In this document: positions 1 through 11,960 of the stretch, piece after piece
Numbering within the stretch: the first letter of the stretch is position 1
Layout: the number at the start of each line of letters is the position of its first letter
Source: Lama guanicoe
Lineage: Eukaryota
DNA: 64,000 nucleotides
Direction of reading: 5' to 3'
Assembly: GCA_013239625.1 (NCBI GenBank)
Contig: MU054132.1
Coordinates: 806,001-870,000 of the forward strand
Notes under the pieces: model-generated
Databases searched by the model: none
Told to the model about the DNA's origin: nothing
The model's input: only the letters and a program-made list of their open reading frames with translations
Program-made: the position numbers and the translations under genes

Positions 1-1214
1 ATTGTTCTACCTGTGCAGAAACAGGTGACACGGAACTCCTTAAGACTCCAGGTCCCCAGATCAGGTCTCGTTCGCTCATTCACACACCAGTGTTCACTAT
101 GCAACACCACTAGCAACAGAGCGGCTCCGGCCGGGAGAAGGACTCCTCGTTGTCACCTGTGCTCTTACTCATAACCATTCTATTGATGTAAGAACAATAA
201 TACACCAACAGTACGGAAGCTCACATTCTAGTATTTTGCACGCCCAGTGCTGTGCGTGCCATTCCTGCTATGTTGATGATGATTCAAAGGTAACAGAAAA
301 AGCAGCCAATCTGGACATGAGACTGCAGAGTGAAGCTTTCTCATCCATAAACACAGACACTAGGGCCACAGAGACATGCTGCACAGATCTGAAATGCAAC
401 CTGTGTTCCTGACATGACTGCTCTCAGGAGCTCATGCTCTGATCTTTAACACAGGAGCCTCTCCTTTCTCTGCAAAGGATGAGCCTACCCTTCTCTGGCC
501 CTCTCATTGGTTTGTCCCCATCAGAAAAGGCAGTGACTTGGCCCAACAGTAAGACTGGCATTTAAAAGATCCCTGCTGATGGGTAGCCCGGTTCTCTCCC
601 TCTCTGGGCTGGCCTGATGAAAACAAAAAACAAATACACACAACGACAACCACCCAGTAAATCCACCTAATCACAGGTCACAAGTAATGGCCCAGGTGAG
701 GTCAGGAGGTTCTCCAGCCTCTTGGCCATCTTATCCTTGTCTGCCTGCATCTAATGAGATAAAGGACAAACCAAGATGAAGTGAGGGGCAGGTGACAAAA
801 AGCATCTCTTCCCACATTTGGGTCCTCAGCCCTAGACTTAGGGAGAGAGAGTGGGAGGCGCTCAACTTAGCAGCAGACCAAATTGTGATCTCTAACACAC
901 TAGGATTAAAGATTAAACACACAAGATTTAAGCTCACACTGAGGAGAAAACCTTAACTGGTCCAGACTCAGTAGAGAAGGGTTTGATTAATTAACAATAG
1001 ATCTGGTTCTACAAACTTTATAAATTCAAAAAACACGCAGAGATGCTGCCTTCACCCTTCAGATAAGGGGTTCAGAAACTCAGGATTTCCTTAGTTCCTC
1101 GCTTGCTAAGTTCTCTAAAACTCAAACAGGGAAGTTCAGCCTTAGACCACACTCACACAAGCCTACTAAACACACACAGTCAGGGATCTCATCCCAGAGG
1201 CCTGGAATATTTAC

Positions 1215-1285
1215 CAGCTTCTGTCCCACGATATTGTAGTGACTGAAGGACTGGATGAGTGCCACAAAGCAGACTTTACAATAAG
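1215..1285 (-). CDS. ELP6: ELP6 coding exon 3 (AYCKVCFVALIQSFSHYNIVGQKL); gene continues past the left edge
   Basis: ttttccag| acceptor, |gtaaat donor, 71 nt, phase 1 to 0; matches human ANCKVCFVALIQSFSHYSIVGQKL. Confidence 0.95.
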
Positions 1286-2292
1286 CTGGAAAACAAAATA
1301 AACTGATTTTTAATAAAGTCTCTACTTACAATCTGTCTCATATACTTCGTACCTCTGGAAACAAAAGCACTGAGGTAGGTGTAGAGACCCAGAGGCCTTG
1401 CAACCCAACAAACCCAATTTGATTCTAAAATGTATTTTTTTCATATTTAATAATTATACCTTATTTCAATGATTCTGAGATGAACTCCTCTGAGACGTAT
1501 TACTAGGAAACTTATTTTGTTCTATTGTAAATAAATGGCAATTTTTTTAAAAAATTACATTTTTGTTTGTTGGTGCACATAAATACAACTGATTTTTTTA
1601 AAAAGTTGTCTTATATCCAAGAGGATATAGGGGGAACACAAAGAAGCTCTAGCTACCTTATGAACATAAGTAATTCTAATAATTTATCTGTAGATTCTCT
1701 TGCTCTTTACATGCTGACAATAACATCATCTAAAAAAAAAATAACTTTCAAAGCTTTAAGTTATTACAAAAAGAAGTGCCAAAGGTCTACCCTGTATCCT
1801 GGTCTGGCTCAGTATGGACTCAAGGAGAATCAATAGATAAATAAGCATTTTTTTCATTTGGCTGTTTTCTTCTTCTAATCAATTTTCAAGTGTGAATTAT
1901 AGTGGCCATGCTGTTTTCTTTCCTGTTTTTTAGGAAGCTTCTACCGACAGGGCAAAGTGTCAATGGGTCAAATGCCCAGAGACCTCAAGATACACAAGGA
2001 CTGAGGAGCAACTAAATTAGGAGGCCACACAAGGACCTCAGGAGGGCAGTGTCTATGCAGTGGATGGAGAAGGGGAAGGCATTACCTGGACAGAATGAGC
2101 ACATGCTACTCTCTGGAATTGCTGGGGAGGGAACAAGATGGTCTATAATCTGTTACCTAATAAGTAGTCACCTGGTTACCCAAACACCAAAGCCCTGGCT
2201 GGTTAATACTATTCCTATTGTTTCCTGGAACAGGCTTTTTTTTGCCCCTCTGCCTTGGGTTTCTTTTTCTACAGCATCAATGAGTTCCATAC

Positions 2293-2371
2293 CTTTGAGG
2301 TAGAAGGAGAGAAAGTGGTGCATAAGGAAACTGCCATCTGTCTTGGCATCACAGAGTAAAGTCAGCTTCCC
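2293..2371 (-). CDS. ELP6: ELP6 coding exon 2 (GKLTLLCDAKTDGSFLMHHFLSFYLK+G)
   Basis: tttcag| acceptor, |gtatgg donor, 79 nt, phase 0 to 1; near identical to recalled human ELP6. Confidence 0.96.
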
Positions 2372-2478
2372 CTGAAAGTTAAGAACATAAAAAGGTGAAT
2401 TACACTCCCTGGAAAGAGGTGAACTGACTATAGAAATCAAGTCAATTGTGTCCACCCCTATACTGCTGTATCTGGAGA

Positions 2479-2496
2479 CTGTGTGTGTGTGTGTGT
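2479..2496 (+). repeat. (TG)n microsatellite
   Basis: Directly visible TG run. Confidence 0.85.
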
Positions 2497-3190
2497 TTAA
2501 TAAAAAAGAATAAGAAGGAGAAGGAAATAATAAGCCAAAATTATGGAAAAACCAACAATTAAAGTGATTAGTATTAAGTCACTCATTATGGGCAAGCATA
2601 TCTTAGCTTCCACTTTCCCAAGGCAAAAATAGAATAAAATCCATTCTTTTCCTCACTCCTCGCCTTAGTGACTCAAGGATCAGTCTTAGGGAGAATTAAA
2701 TCCTGAACAAAGGAAGCTTTTACCATCAGAACCCAACAAAAATCACAGACTGCCAAAAATGTAAGGGAACTTTAATAGAGGTCATCTGATCCACCTACTT
2801 TAAATTCTGGTTCTAATTCTGTACACAGGGTAAGGGACAGGGAGGAAATAGTTATTGACAGAGACCTCTTGTAACAAAGTTCTCCTCCCAATGGCCCTGG
2901 TCACTGCTTCAGGTAGAACTATGATCATGCGGAGCTCTAGGAAGACCTCTAAAGATGGTCTCTGCAGTGCCTGGCTGCCCTACTCCATCCACCTCTAGCT
3001 CCCTGTCTGTGACAAGAAAAGTCACCTCTGTGCTATCGTGACTTTTTTTCACTTACAAAATATGAAAGATCACAGCAGCAGGGTTACCGCCAGCGTTGCC
3101 ATTTCCTGGTGCCCACTCCTATCCACCATTCCCTCACTCTGGCCCTGGTCTGCGAACTTGGGAGGTGCTAGCAGTAATTGGCAAGGTAAC

Positions 3191-3207
3191 CAGCGCCATC
3201 TGGAGGC
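3191..3207 (-). promoter_or_regulatory. Candidate CTCF site
   Basis: Minus strand reads GCCTCCAGATGGCGCTG, close to the CCASYAGRKGGCRS core. Confidence 0.55.
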
Positions 3208-3559
3208 TTGGGCAGGCAAGAACTGCTGGGCGGTTAAAATCCACAAGCTTCTACTGAAAACTACAATTTACTTAGCACTGTGGAATCAGAAAAAGGCTTT
3301 ACATTCACGGTATCTTGACTGCCTCGAGGAGCTTACTATTTCATTAAAAAGACAACAGTTATGAAATAAACCAGGTGTGTTACTAGGAGAGGTAACTCCG
3401 GGGCTAAAATGTGAAAAATTTCAAGGTGCCTTAGGGTTCGGGAAGGAGGGTGAAGAAAACAGAGTGGCTAGGCTGTGGTGCCAAAGGTGGACTTATACAG
3501 TCCAATGTTGGCCGAGAACAGCTTCAAAGAGCATTACTGGAGACCACGAGGAGGAAGAG

Positions 3560-4450
3560 GAGCAGCAGCGTTCACTGCGACCTGCCGAGCGCTTCCGGGC
3601 CAGAAGGCGGCTCATGGCGGCTAGGAAGCTGGTCCCGCGTGAAGAGTGGGAAGTCGAACACTGCCTTTCGGCAACCTCTTCTGGGCGCCAGGACTTCCAC
3701 TCTACTGAGCACGCACAGGGTTCCCTGGTACACGTCTGTGAACTTAAACGAATCCAAACGTCGGACGTGCTTCCTGGAGAATTTCAAGGGCACACACGAC
3801 CTTTGGGAAGACGCGAGAAGGTCCAGAAGCCTTCCTTTCGCAGGCTTAAGTGTCCAACCCAGCCCCGGGTGCGCCCCCTGCAGACTACCACTCCCAGCAG
3901 CCACCGGGCCCCCCAACATCGCATTATTTCCCACGGGTCCGCGAGAGCTTCATCCGGATATGCGGTCTTCCGCCACGCTCCCGGGACCCGCCCCCTTTCC
4001 GACTTGCGACCTCTTACCTGCTCCGGCCCGTCAGGGGTGGTGTTGAGCAGGTTGTTGAGTTCTGGGAACATTCCGAGCTCCGGACCAGGAACTAGGGTTG
4101 CTGCTGAGGATAGAGAGCAACATCCACCACTCAGGACCACGTGGACATAGCGCGCACGCGCAACGCCGCTTCTAAGCGCCTGCCGAAGCCAATCCGGCGG
4201 GCGTCTGGACCCGCTGCCGGCGCACGCGCAAGGGCGCACATCCGGCCGGGCGCTGGGCGTGCTGGGCTGTGCGGCTGCTCTCCTGGGGCTCCCCCGTGTG
4301 ACGGGACCCGGTTGGTTTCTTCTTCCCTTGTCCGCGCGCTCTCCCCAGCCCGGGGCTCCGGGACAGTGCAGCCTGTCGAGCTTCCGCAGTGTGCCTCACT
4401 TCTAGAAGCTCGGGCTACAACTGGCCTGGACCGCACCGTGAGCCAGAGTT
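3560..4450. promoter_or_regulatory. ELP6: ELP6 CpG-island promoter
   Basis: CpG-dense around exon 1; NRF1-type GCGCACGCGCA at 4151-4162 and 4219-4230; CACGTG 4138-4143; CCAAT 4189-4193; ZNF143/THAP11-like ACTACCACTCCCAGCAGCC 3884-3902. Confidence 0.85.
4018..4071 (-). CDS. ELP6: Elongator complex protein 6, coding exon 1 (MFPELNNLLNTTPDGPEQ)
   Basis: ATG at 4071-4069; matches recalled human N-terminus MFVELNNLLNTTPDRAEQ; ends at CAG|gtaaga donor, phase 0; lies in a CpG island. Confidence 0.96.
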
Positions 4451-4844
4451 TCCATGGAAACTGCGAGATTAAGATTGATGTGGAATGTAGTCACTTACCT
4501 GAAGCTTTGCACCTGGGCTGGAGATGGAGGCCGCCTCCCTCTGTCAAAGCGACTTAGATCCTACAGCCAAGAGTGGGATCTTTCACGATTATGCATATGT
4601 AAAAAAGAGGAAAGCAGGCTGTGGCATCCAGGAGCTAACCTGACATTCACAGCTAGGTCTTGGTGTTTTCCTCTTGAGCGTAAACAATTTCAGAAAAGAT
4701 CAACAGCAGGAAGATGATGATGGATGAAGACAAAACTAAACCACTCCATAATCATGTTGGACACAAAACATGAACATTGTCTAAGCGACAAACCAAACAT
4801 CCCTTCTCCCAGCGAATAAGAGTGCCACTTCTACTAAATACATG

Positions 4845-5070
4845 GAAATTAGGAGTTTGGGATTAGAGGATAAAAGTAAGGTATAGAAAATAGATAAACA
4901 ACAAGATCCTACTGTATAGCATAGGGAACCATATTCAATATCTTGTAAATTCTATAATATAAAAATATGAGAAATATATGTATAACTGAATCACTATGCT
5001 GTACACCTGAAATTAACACAATACTTTAAATCAACTATATTCCAATAAAAATAAATAAATAAAATAAAAA
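4845..5070 (+). mobile_element. 5'-truncated L1 3' end with A-rich tail
   Basis: aacaagatcctactgtatagcatagggaac...actgaatcactatgctgtacacctgaaa...aataaaaataaataaa, typical laurasiatherian L1 3'UTR end. Confidence 0.8.
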
Positions 5071-5315
5071 ACCCCGAACATCGCACAGCCCTGCCCCAAC
5101 CCTGTTCCAATCACTGTTGAGTCCACACCATAGTTTCCCCTTGCCGTCCTATCTCTAAGTTGGTTTCCTCCAGGTGCTGCCTGGCACCTCCGCCGCCTGT
5201 GACAAAGGAGACTTTACAGCTCACTTTTTGCAGGTGAAGCTGCAAAAGCCATAGAGACCGCAGGCAACAGCCCACAAGAGAAGCTGAAAGAAGGCTGGGG
5301 TAATCCCGCGCACAC

Positions 5316-5331
5316 CCACCAGAGGGCAGCA
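5316..5331 (+). promoter_or_regulatory. Candidate CTCF site
   Basis: CCACCAGAGGGCAGCA, full match to the core consensus. Confidence 0.6.
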
Positions 5332-5559
5332 GACACCGCCTAAAGTGGCTGGGCTGCCAGGACCTGAGTGTTGACCAACACCTGCTTTCGCAGACCTTTA
5401 GCCAGGCTCCTTGGCTTCCCCCTCAGAAGCTCAGCCCTGCGCCCTTCGTGGGCTCTGCTCTTCTCAGTAATGTCCCCACCGCCCTGACTCTCACGCCCCC
5501 TTGGCTCCCACCTTGCTCAGAGTAAAGGCCGGAGACCTCAGCTAGCCTCAGAGGGCTGG

Positions 5560-6262
5560 CCCCATACTGCTCGGAACGCCTGCTCCTCACCTGCTCCAGC
5601 CCCACCAGCCTCCCTGCAGCCTCAGACGCCACCACACTCAGAGCCTCTAGCTTCTGTCCCTCTGCCTGTATGACTCTCCTGCCACATGTCTGTAGAGCTC
5701 CTTCCCCGAACTCCACATCTTTGCTTTGTGAGACCGTCCCTGAGTCAGTCCCATGTGGCAGAAGTGGAGTCGCACCACCCAGACCCCACTTCCCAGAAGG
5801 ATCTGCAGGCATTACCAGACATCCTACCAGGATTCACCTGGGCTGCAGAGGGCCCCCTCGTCTGGTGACTAAGTGAACCTGGGGGACTGGGGCCTGGTTA
5901 TTTCTGCCCCAGGTTGGTGGGGGTGGAGAGGGCCCTTAGACAGAGGACGCTTGCCCCAGAAACCACAGCGGTTTGGCTGCATCACTGTTCAGGGTCTCCC
6001 AGCCCAGTCCTGCTTCCACCCCAAACTCCACGACTGGGCTTCAGCTCCTTCGATACCCTAGCCCTCCCCACCCACACCCTGTGTGTTGTTTTTCTCTGCA
6101 GAACTTATCTGACTCACAACTCAGTTTGATACCCAGTGTCTCTCCTCAAGCGCACGTAAGCTGGGTGAGGGGAGGGATTTTTGCCTCTTGAGTAGTGAAG
6201 CACCTAGAAGAGTGCCTGTGATACAGTAAATGTGATCAGTGAGTGAGTGAGTGAGTGAGTGA
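5560..6262 (+). mobile_element. Degraded L2 3' region ending in (GAGT)n
   Basis: L2-like pyrimidine-rich text and terminal cacctagaagagtgcctg...agtaaatgtg...gagtgagtgagt. Confidence 0.5.
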
Positions 6263-7319
6263 CAAATGGGACTCGGGCCTGCGGGTACTTTCGCAGATCT
6301 GGAGGAAGTGTGCTTTCCAGAAGGTTGCAGATGAGGAAGGGGAGTTCTTAGCCTGTTTCCCCCCAGTGACTGACCCCACCCAGATGAGGTCCTTTACTGA
6401 GAAGGGAACCCCAGAGCCGACAGTGAGACAGAAGTTGGAGAGGCCTGATGAGCTGTGTGGTTGAGCCGGGGCCCCCAGAACTGTGCTCCTGCAGGTCAGG
6501 GACTGGAACATTTTTCGCCTGCTGAGGAGGGTGGATTGCCTGCTCCCCGAGTGGTCTGCTCAGCCTGCCCCTCTTGATGTTGAAGGAGCCTTTGCCTGGG
6601 GTAAGAGGGTGAGCATCCGAGGAAGTCAAAGCTGACATCAGAGGAGAGTCTGTGCGGGGGCCATGACCACTGACAGAGGAAGGCAGGGGGGTTGGTGCCC
6701 TGCTGACGAGAAGGTGGGAGCTTAGACACAGCACTGGCTGCGTTCCAAGGGGCAGAGCAGGAGACCAGGAGGGGCTAAACCAGGCCTAGCAGTGGGGTGG
6801 GGGGAGGAGAAATCGTAAAAAGCTATGCAGGCTGGAGAAGTGACAAGACACCAGGGCAGAGGGTGAAGGGCTCAGAGTGGGAGGGAGGCATCCCTGGCAA
6901 CACAGGAGGAAGAGTGGGGCTCAGGATGGGTTTACACCAGGTGTGTTTGAGGCCCTGGTTCCTGTGCTCTTTCAGCCAGACCACCTTTATATATCAATTG
7001 ACTTTTTTTCTTCTCAAAGTCCAGTTGCTCTCAGATGAGACGCTGGCAGGTGACGCCTGGCCACACTGGCTCACCAGCCTCGGCCCCTGTGTTCTACCTT
7101 CTGCTGCTTCCACTGACTTGCCCAGTGCACTCTGTGCCAAGATGGGCAAGAGGACCAGAAAAAATGGGTGCAAATGGGGCAGGGGGAGGGAGTTTGCTTT
7201 ATGGTTTCTGTTCTGCATAACCTCAAAATCTTTTTACAGGAAAGAACTACAGAGCTTCAGAAAATATAAAAGTTACTTCAATGCCCATGACAGTCACCTG
7301 TTGAGCTGACATCTTGTAA

Positions 7320-8040
7320 TATCCAAACCAAAATCCTAGTACTTCTAATTGCCCATTGGCGTTCCACTGCTGGTAAAACAATGTGAGAATCCCTGCATTC
7401 CTCCTCCCTGGTCAAACCAGTGACAATTGCAAAAAGAAATACAGCCATTTAAAGTCCCTGGAAATTGTCCTAAGGGCATTCAGCAAATGAAGAAACATTT
7501 ATTCATAAAATCTACTCAATAAGAAAAATGAAAGTTATGGCGTTTGAATCAGTCTCCTTTCCTCCCTTTCCTGTCCTGGTCCAGCAAGATGAAAATTCCA
7601 CTCCAGACTGGTGTGGCCCAGAACACAAGGACTCCTTCTCCCCGCAGGTCCCAGCTGGAGAACCATCTCCAGCTTGGGTGCAATGCCACTGAGAATACTG
7701 GGGTCCTGACTGTCTTCACCTTGATGCATAAGGTGGAGATAAACAATGAAGAGTTGAAGTTACTTCCCACCTGCACAGAGTGACCAGCTGCTGGAGCAGG
7801 GGACCGCTCAGAGATGTGCCAGGTCCCAGCCACTGTCCAGAGCCACAGCTCAGAGATTTTGCCTGGGCTAGGGAGAAGGCAGGGAGTTCCAGATTTCTTC
7901 CCCAAAGGATTGACTTCATTTGCAACAGACCATGAAGAAGTTCAAACCTAGAGGTGCTCTCAGAAACAATGGCAGTTGTAGTGAAAAGCAATTAAGAGGA
8001 GAATGGTGGATTCATTAGAGATGTAAGTGAAACTAACCAA
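7320..8040 (+). mobile_element. Ancient L1 5'-region fragment (L1M-type)
   Basis: Recognised by eye: acagccatttaaagtccctggaaattgtcctaagggc...aagaaacatttattca; gaagttcaaacctagaggtgctctcag. Confidence 0.5.
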
Positions 8041-8101
8041 CTGTACCTGCCAACACTATTGACGTCCAAGAATGACTGTGGGCATACCCCAGGCTTGAGT
8101 A

Positions 8102-8558
8102 TGTGAAATAAAATTAATATTTTATGGCAAGACAAGAAAGATTTAAATGAAAAATGTTCTCTGCCCTTTGACCTCCTCTCCACCCCCACTGTGCATTGTG
8201 TATCTGCATTATGCATGGACCCAACTTTTCCCTTCAGCAGAAATACCTGCCCAACTGTTAAGAGCATATTCTTCTAGCATCAATAAGACAACTTCTTACA
8301 GATAACATTACTTCTTGGTGTTAAGGGGTCACGTGGTGCTTAGATCTGATTACATAAACTGTCAACAGTGTGTCCTTTGATGTATAGCCCTCTGTTTCAA
8401 AAACAAAAAAATACTTCTCTAACTGTGCCTTGAGTTCCAACAGGTGGAACAGTTCCCAGAGCTTTCTGAGATGCTCTTCCTGGGTTATAATCCTCAAATT
8501 TGGCTCAATACATTTTTCCATTTCTTTCTTAGAGCAACTGATTAATTTTCTGTCAACA
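8102..8558 (+). mobile_element. Solo LTR, ERV1 class (MER34-like)
   Basis: Starts TGTG, ends TGTCAACA, about 457 bp; atcctcaaatttggctcaatacat R/U5-like end; no clear TSD. Confidence 0.6.
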
Positions 8559-8559
8559 G

Positions 8560-9945
8560 GCATATAAACTTAGTAGTGGAATTGCTGAATCATGTGATAA
8601 TTCCCAATTTTGAAAAACTGCCAAACTGTTTTCCACGGTGACTGTACCACTTTATGGTCCCATCAGCAAGGATAAAGGTTCTGATTTCTCCACATCCTCG
8701 CCAACGCTTGTTTTCTTTTTTTCTAATAGCCTGTCTAGTGGGTCTAAAATGGTATCTTGTGATTTTTATTTACATTTTTCTGATAGCTAATGATCTCGAG
8801 CATAATTTCACGTGCTTATTAGCTATTTGTGTATCTTTCATGGAAAATGTCCATTCAGATCTTTGACTTTATTTTTTTCCAAGTAGACTATTTTTTAGAG
8901 TAGTTTTAGGTTGACAGCAAAATTATGTGTAAAGGAGAAGGAGTTCCCATATCCTTCCTGACCTCAAACATGCATAGACACTCCTAGGATCAACATGCTC
9001 ACTAGATCGGTACATTTGTTACAAATGATGCACCTACACTGACACATTATTATCACCTAAAGTCTATAGTTTACATCAGGGTTCACTCTTGGTGGTGTAG
9101 GTTGTATGGGTTTTGACAAATCCATACTAATAAAAATGCACCATCATAGTATATAGAGTAGTTTCACTGCCCTAAAAATCCTCTGTGCTCCATCTGTACA
9201 TCCCTTCCTCTCCCCAAGCCCCTGGCAACCACTGATTTTTTTTTCACTATTTCCATAGTTTTGCCTTTTCCAGAATATCATGTAGTTGGAATCATAGAGT
9301 ATGTTGCCTTTTCAGATTGGCTTCTCTCACTTAGTAATATACGTTTAAGAGTTTCCTCCATATCTTTTCGTGGATTGGTAGCTTTTTTCTTTTTTCTTTT
9401 TTTAGAGTACATAATATTCCATCGTCTGGATATACTAAAGTTTATTTATCCATTTACCTACTGAAGGATATCTTAATTGCTTCCATATTTTGGCAAGTAT
9501 GAATAAAGCTGTTATAAATATCCCTCTGTAGGTTTTTGTGTGGACGTTAAGTTTTCACCTCCCTTGGGTAAGTACCAAGGAGTGTGATTGCTGGGCTGTA
9601 TGGTAAGAGTGTGGTTAGTTTTGTCAGAAGCTGCTTCCAAAGCAATTGCACCATTTTGCATTCCAACCAGCGAAGAATGAGAGTTAATGGAATTATTTTA
9701 AATTTCATTTTCAGATAGTTCGTTGCTAGTGTATAGAAATACAAATGATTTTGCATACTGGTCTTGTATCTTCCAACCTTATTAAACTGTTTCTAGCTAG
9801 AATAGTTATGTGTGTGTGTATGCCTTAGGATTTTCTATATACAAGTACATGTCATCTAATACTATAATTTTACTTCCTCCTTTCCATTCTGGATGCATTT
9901 TATTTTTTTCTTGCCTAATCATCCTGGCTAGGACTTCTAGTAAAA
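8560..9945 (-). mobile_element. Nested antisense L1 fragments (L1MC-like 3' end about 8875-9690 between other L1 pieces)
   Basis: tagagtagttttaggttgacagcaaaatt, catcagggttcactcttggtg and ctgttttccacggtgactgtacc motifs. Confidence 0.75.
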
Positions 9946-9959
9946 TGCATCATGGAGAT

Positions 9960-11520
9960 TTACATTTCCATCCCACACCTCTCTCCAGCTGCCTCACTGA
10001 CATCTCTACTTGGATGCCTAACAGGTGTCGCCAACCAACTCAGAATCATCTCCCCAAACCTGCTCCTCCCCAGTCTCCCCCAGGTCTAAACCTTCCAGTG
10101 TTGAAGTCAAGGCATCCTTCACTCCACTTTCTTTCATGCCCACATTGGACCCATCAGCAAAACCTGTTGTCTCAACCTTCAAAATACATCCAGAATCTGA
10201 CCACTCCCACCAGCTCTACAGCCGCTCGTCCCCTCTGAGTCTCCAGCATCCATCCTTGGCTCAGTGCAGTAGAATCCTAACCAGTCCTCCTGCTTCTGTT
10301 CTTGCCTGAGACTTAGCCAAGCGATCCTTTAAAGACTAAATCAGACCACATCATCTCTCTGCTCTGACACTCCTATGGTTCCCATCACTTTCTTAGAAGA
10401 GCTGAAGCCCTTACAGGGACCTAAAAGCCCAGATTACATATCCAACCTCACCTCTTCTACCAGTCTCCCCACCACTCACTCCTCTCCACCCCACTGGCCT
10501 TCCTGCTGGTTCTTACATATGCCAGGTAGTTACCTTCAACTGAAATGCTGGTTCCCTCTGCCTGAAATGCTCTTCCCTCAGGTGTGCACTTGGTTGTCAC
10601 TTCACCTCCTTCAGGCCTTCATACACATGCTACCTTCTAGGACAGATGGTACCTATCACACACCAGTGTATACACCATCCCACACGTTCTTCTTCCAACA
10701 TGATGTTGACACTACATTGGGAGGTGGTGTGGGGGTGGGAGTGTCTATGATTCCTTCCCTTGAACCCTGGCAGGGTTCTGTAATTGCCTTGACCAAGCGA
10801 ATGGCAGAAATGACGTTATGTAATTTCCAAAGCTGGGTCAAAACTGGCAATTAGCTTCCACCTGGCTCTCTGCCAGACATGCAGCTTTGGAGTTCTGACA
10901 GCTACATAAAAGTCTGGCTGCCTTGGAGATGCTCTGCTGGCAAGACCAAGTCAAAAGACCGCAGAGATAAAGAAGAGAGATGCCCCAGGAGCCCCAGCTG
11001 GACCAGTCTCCAGCTGTTTGGTTTTACCCAGGCCAGACACCAGATGTGTGAGTGAAGGAGCCTTTGAGGTGGTGATCCCAGTTCATCTACCCTCTGACTG
11101 CAACCTAGTGAGACACCCCACGTCACATCAGAACCACCCAGCTGAGATGCTCCCAGATTCCTGACCCACAGAAACCATGAGAGGTAGTAAATGATTCTTA
11201 TGTTGAAGCCGCTTGTTTTGAATTATTTCTTATACAGTCATAGAAACTGGAACTCTTCCTCAGTGAGGCCTTCTCTGACTATCCTATTTAAAATGTCAAG
11301 CCACTCTCCCACCTGATCATTCCCTATCTCCCTTTTCTTCTTTATTCTTCTCCCCAGCATTTCCCACCACCGGACATACCATATATTTAATTATTTAATG
11401 TCACCCACGCTAGGATGTCAGCCCTCCAAGGTCACAGATTTTGACCTGCTGCAGCCCCAGGGCCCAGACCAGTGCTTTGTATATAGTAGGTGCTCAGGAT
11501 TTGTTGAATGGAATGAGTGA
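9960..11520 (+). mobile_element. L2 3' portion interrupted by an MLT1 LTR
   Basis: tccagctgcctcactgacatctctacttggatgcc...; terminal tagtaggtgctcaggatttgttgaatggaatga. Confidence 0.75.
10645..11252 (+). mobile_element. MaLR LTR (MLT1F/G/H-like)
   Basis: ttcccttgaaccctgg...gaatggcagaaatgacg...cagattcctgacccacagaaaccatgaga...atagaaactggaac. Confidence 0.7.
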
Positions 11521-11719
11521 CTATACCTAGAAAAAATGCCAGCACATACATGGAAATAAACACTGGAGTCTGAAACACTGAAACACTGTGTGTTTTCTTC
11601 TTCAAAGAAAAAAGCAGCAAATATAGCAAGGTGTTTATACCGATGAAAGAATGTGTTTGTCACATTATTCTCTGTACTCTCCATCATGAAAATTTTTTTT
11701 TATAAAAATATGACTTATA

Positions 11720-11960
11720 CGAGAGTGTTCATAACAGCTTCCTTTGTAATAGACAAAAAGTGGGAACAAATCAGATGCCCATCAATTGATGAATAGATAA
11801 GTTGTGGAATATACTCAGTGATAAAAAGGAACAAGATACTGATTGATCCATTTACCCAAAACCATTATGCTGTGAGAAAGAAGTCTTAACCCAAGGAGTA
11901 GTTACGGTATAATTCCATTTACAAGACCTTCTAGAGCAGGCAAAACCCACGACTGGTGGA
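11720..11960 (+). mobile_element. L1ME-like 3' fragment
   Basis: gtgttcataacagc...aaatcagatgcccatcaattgatgaatagataa. Confidence 0.6.

Noticed and set aside
3377..4557. Long overlapping ORFs (257, 198, 151, 138 aa) around ELP6 exon 1
   Set aside because: GC-rich island with few stops; no recognisable protein apart from the 18 ELP6 codons
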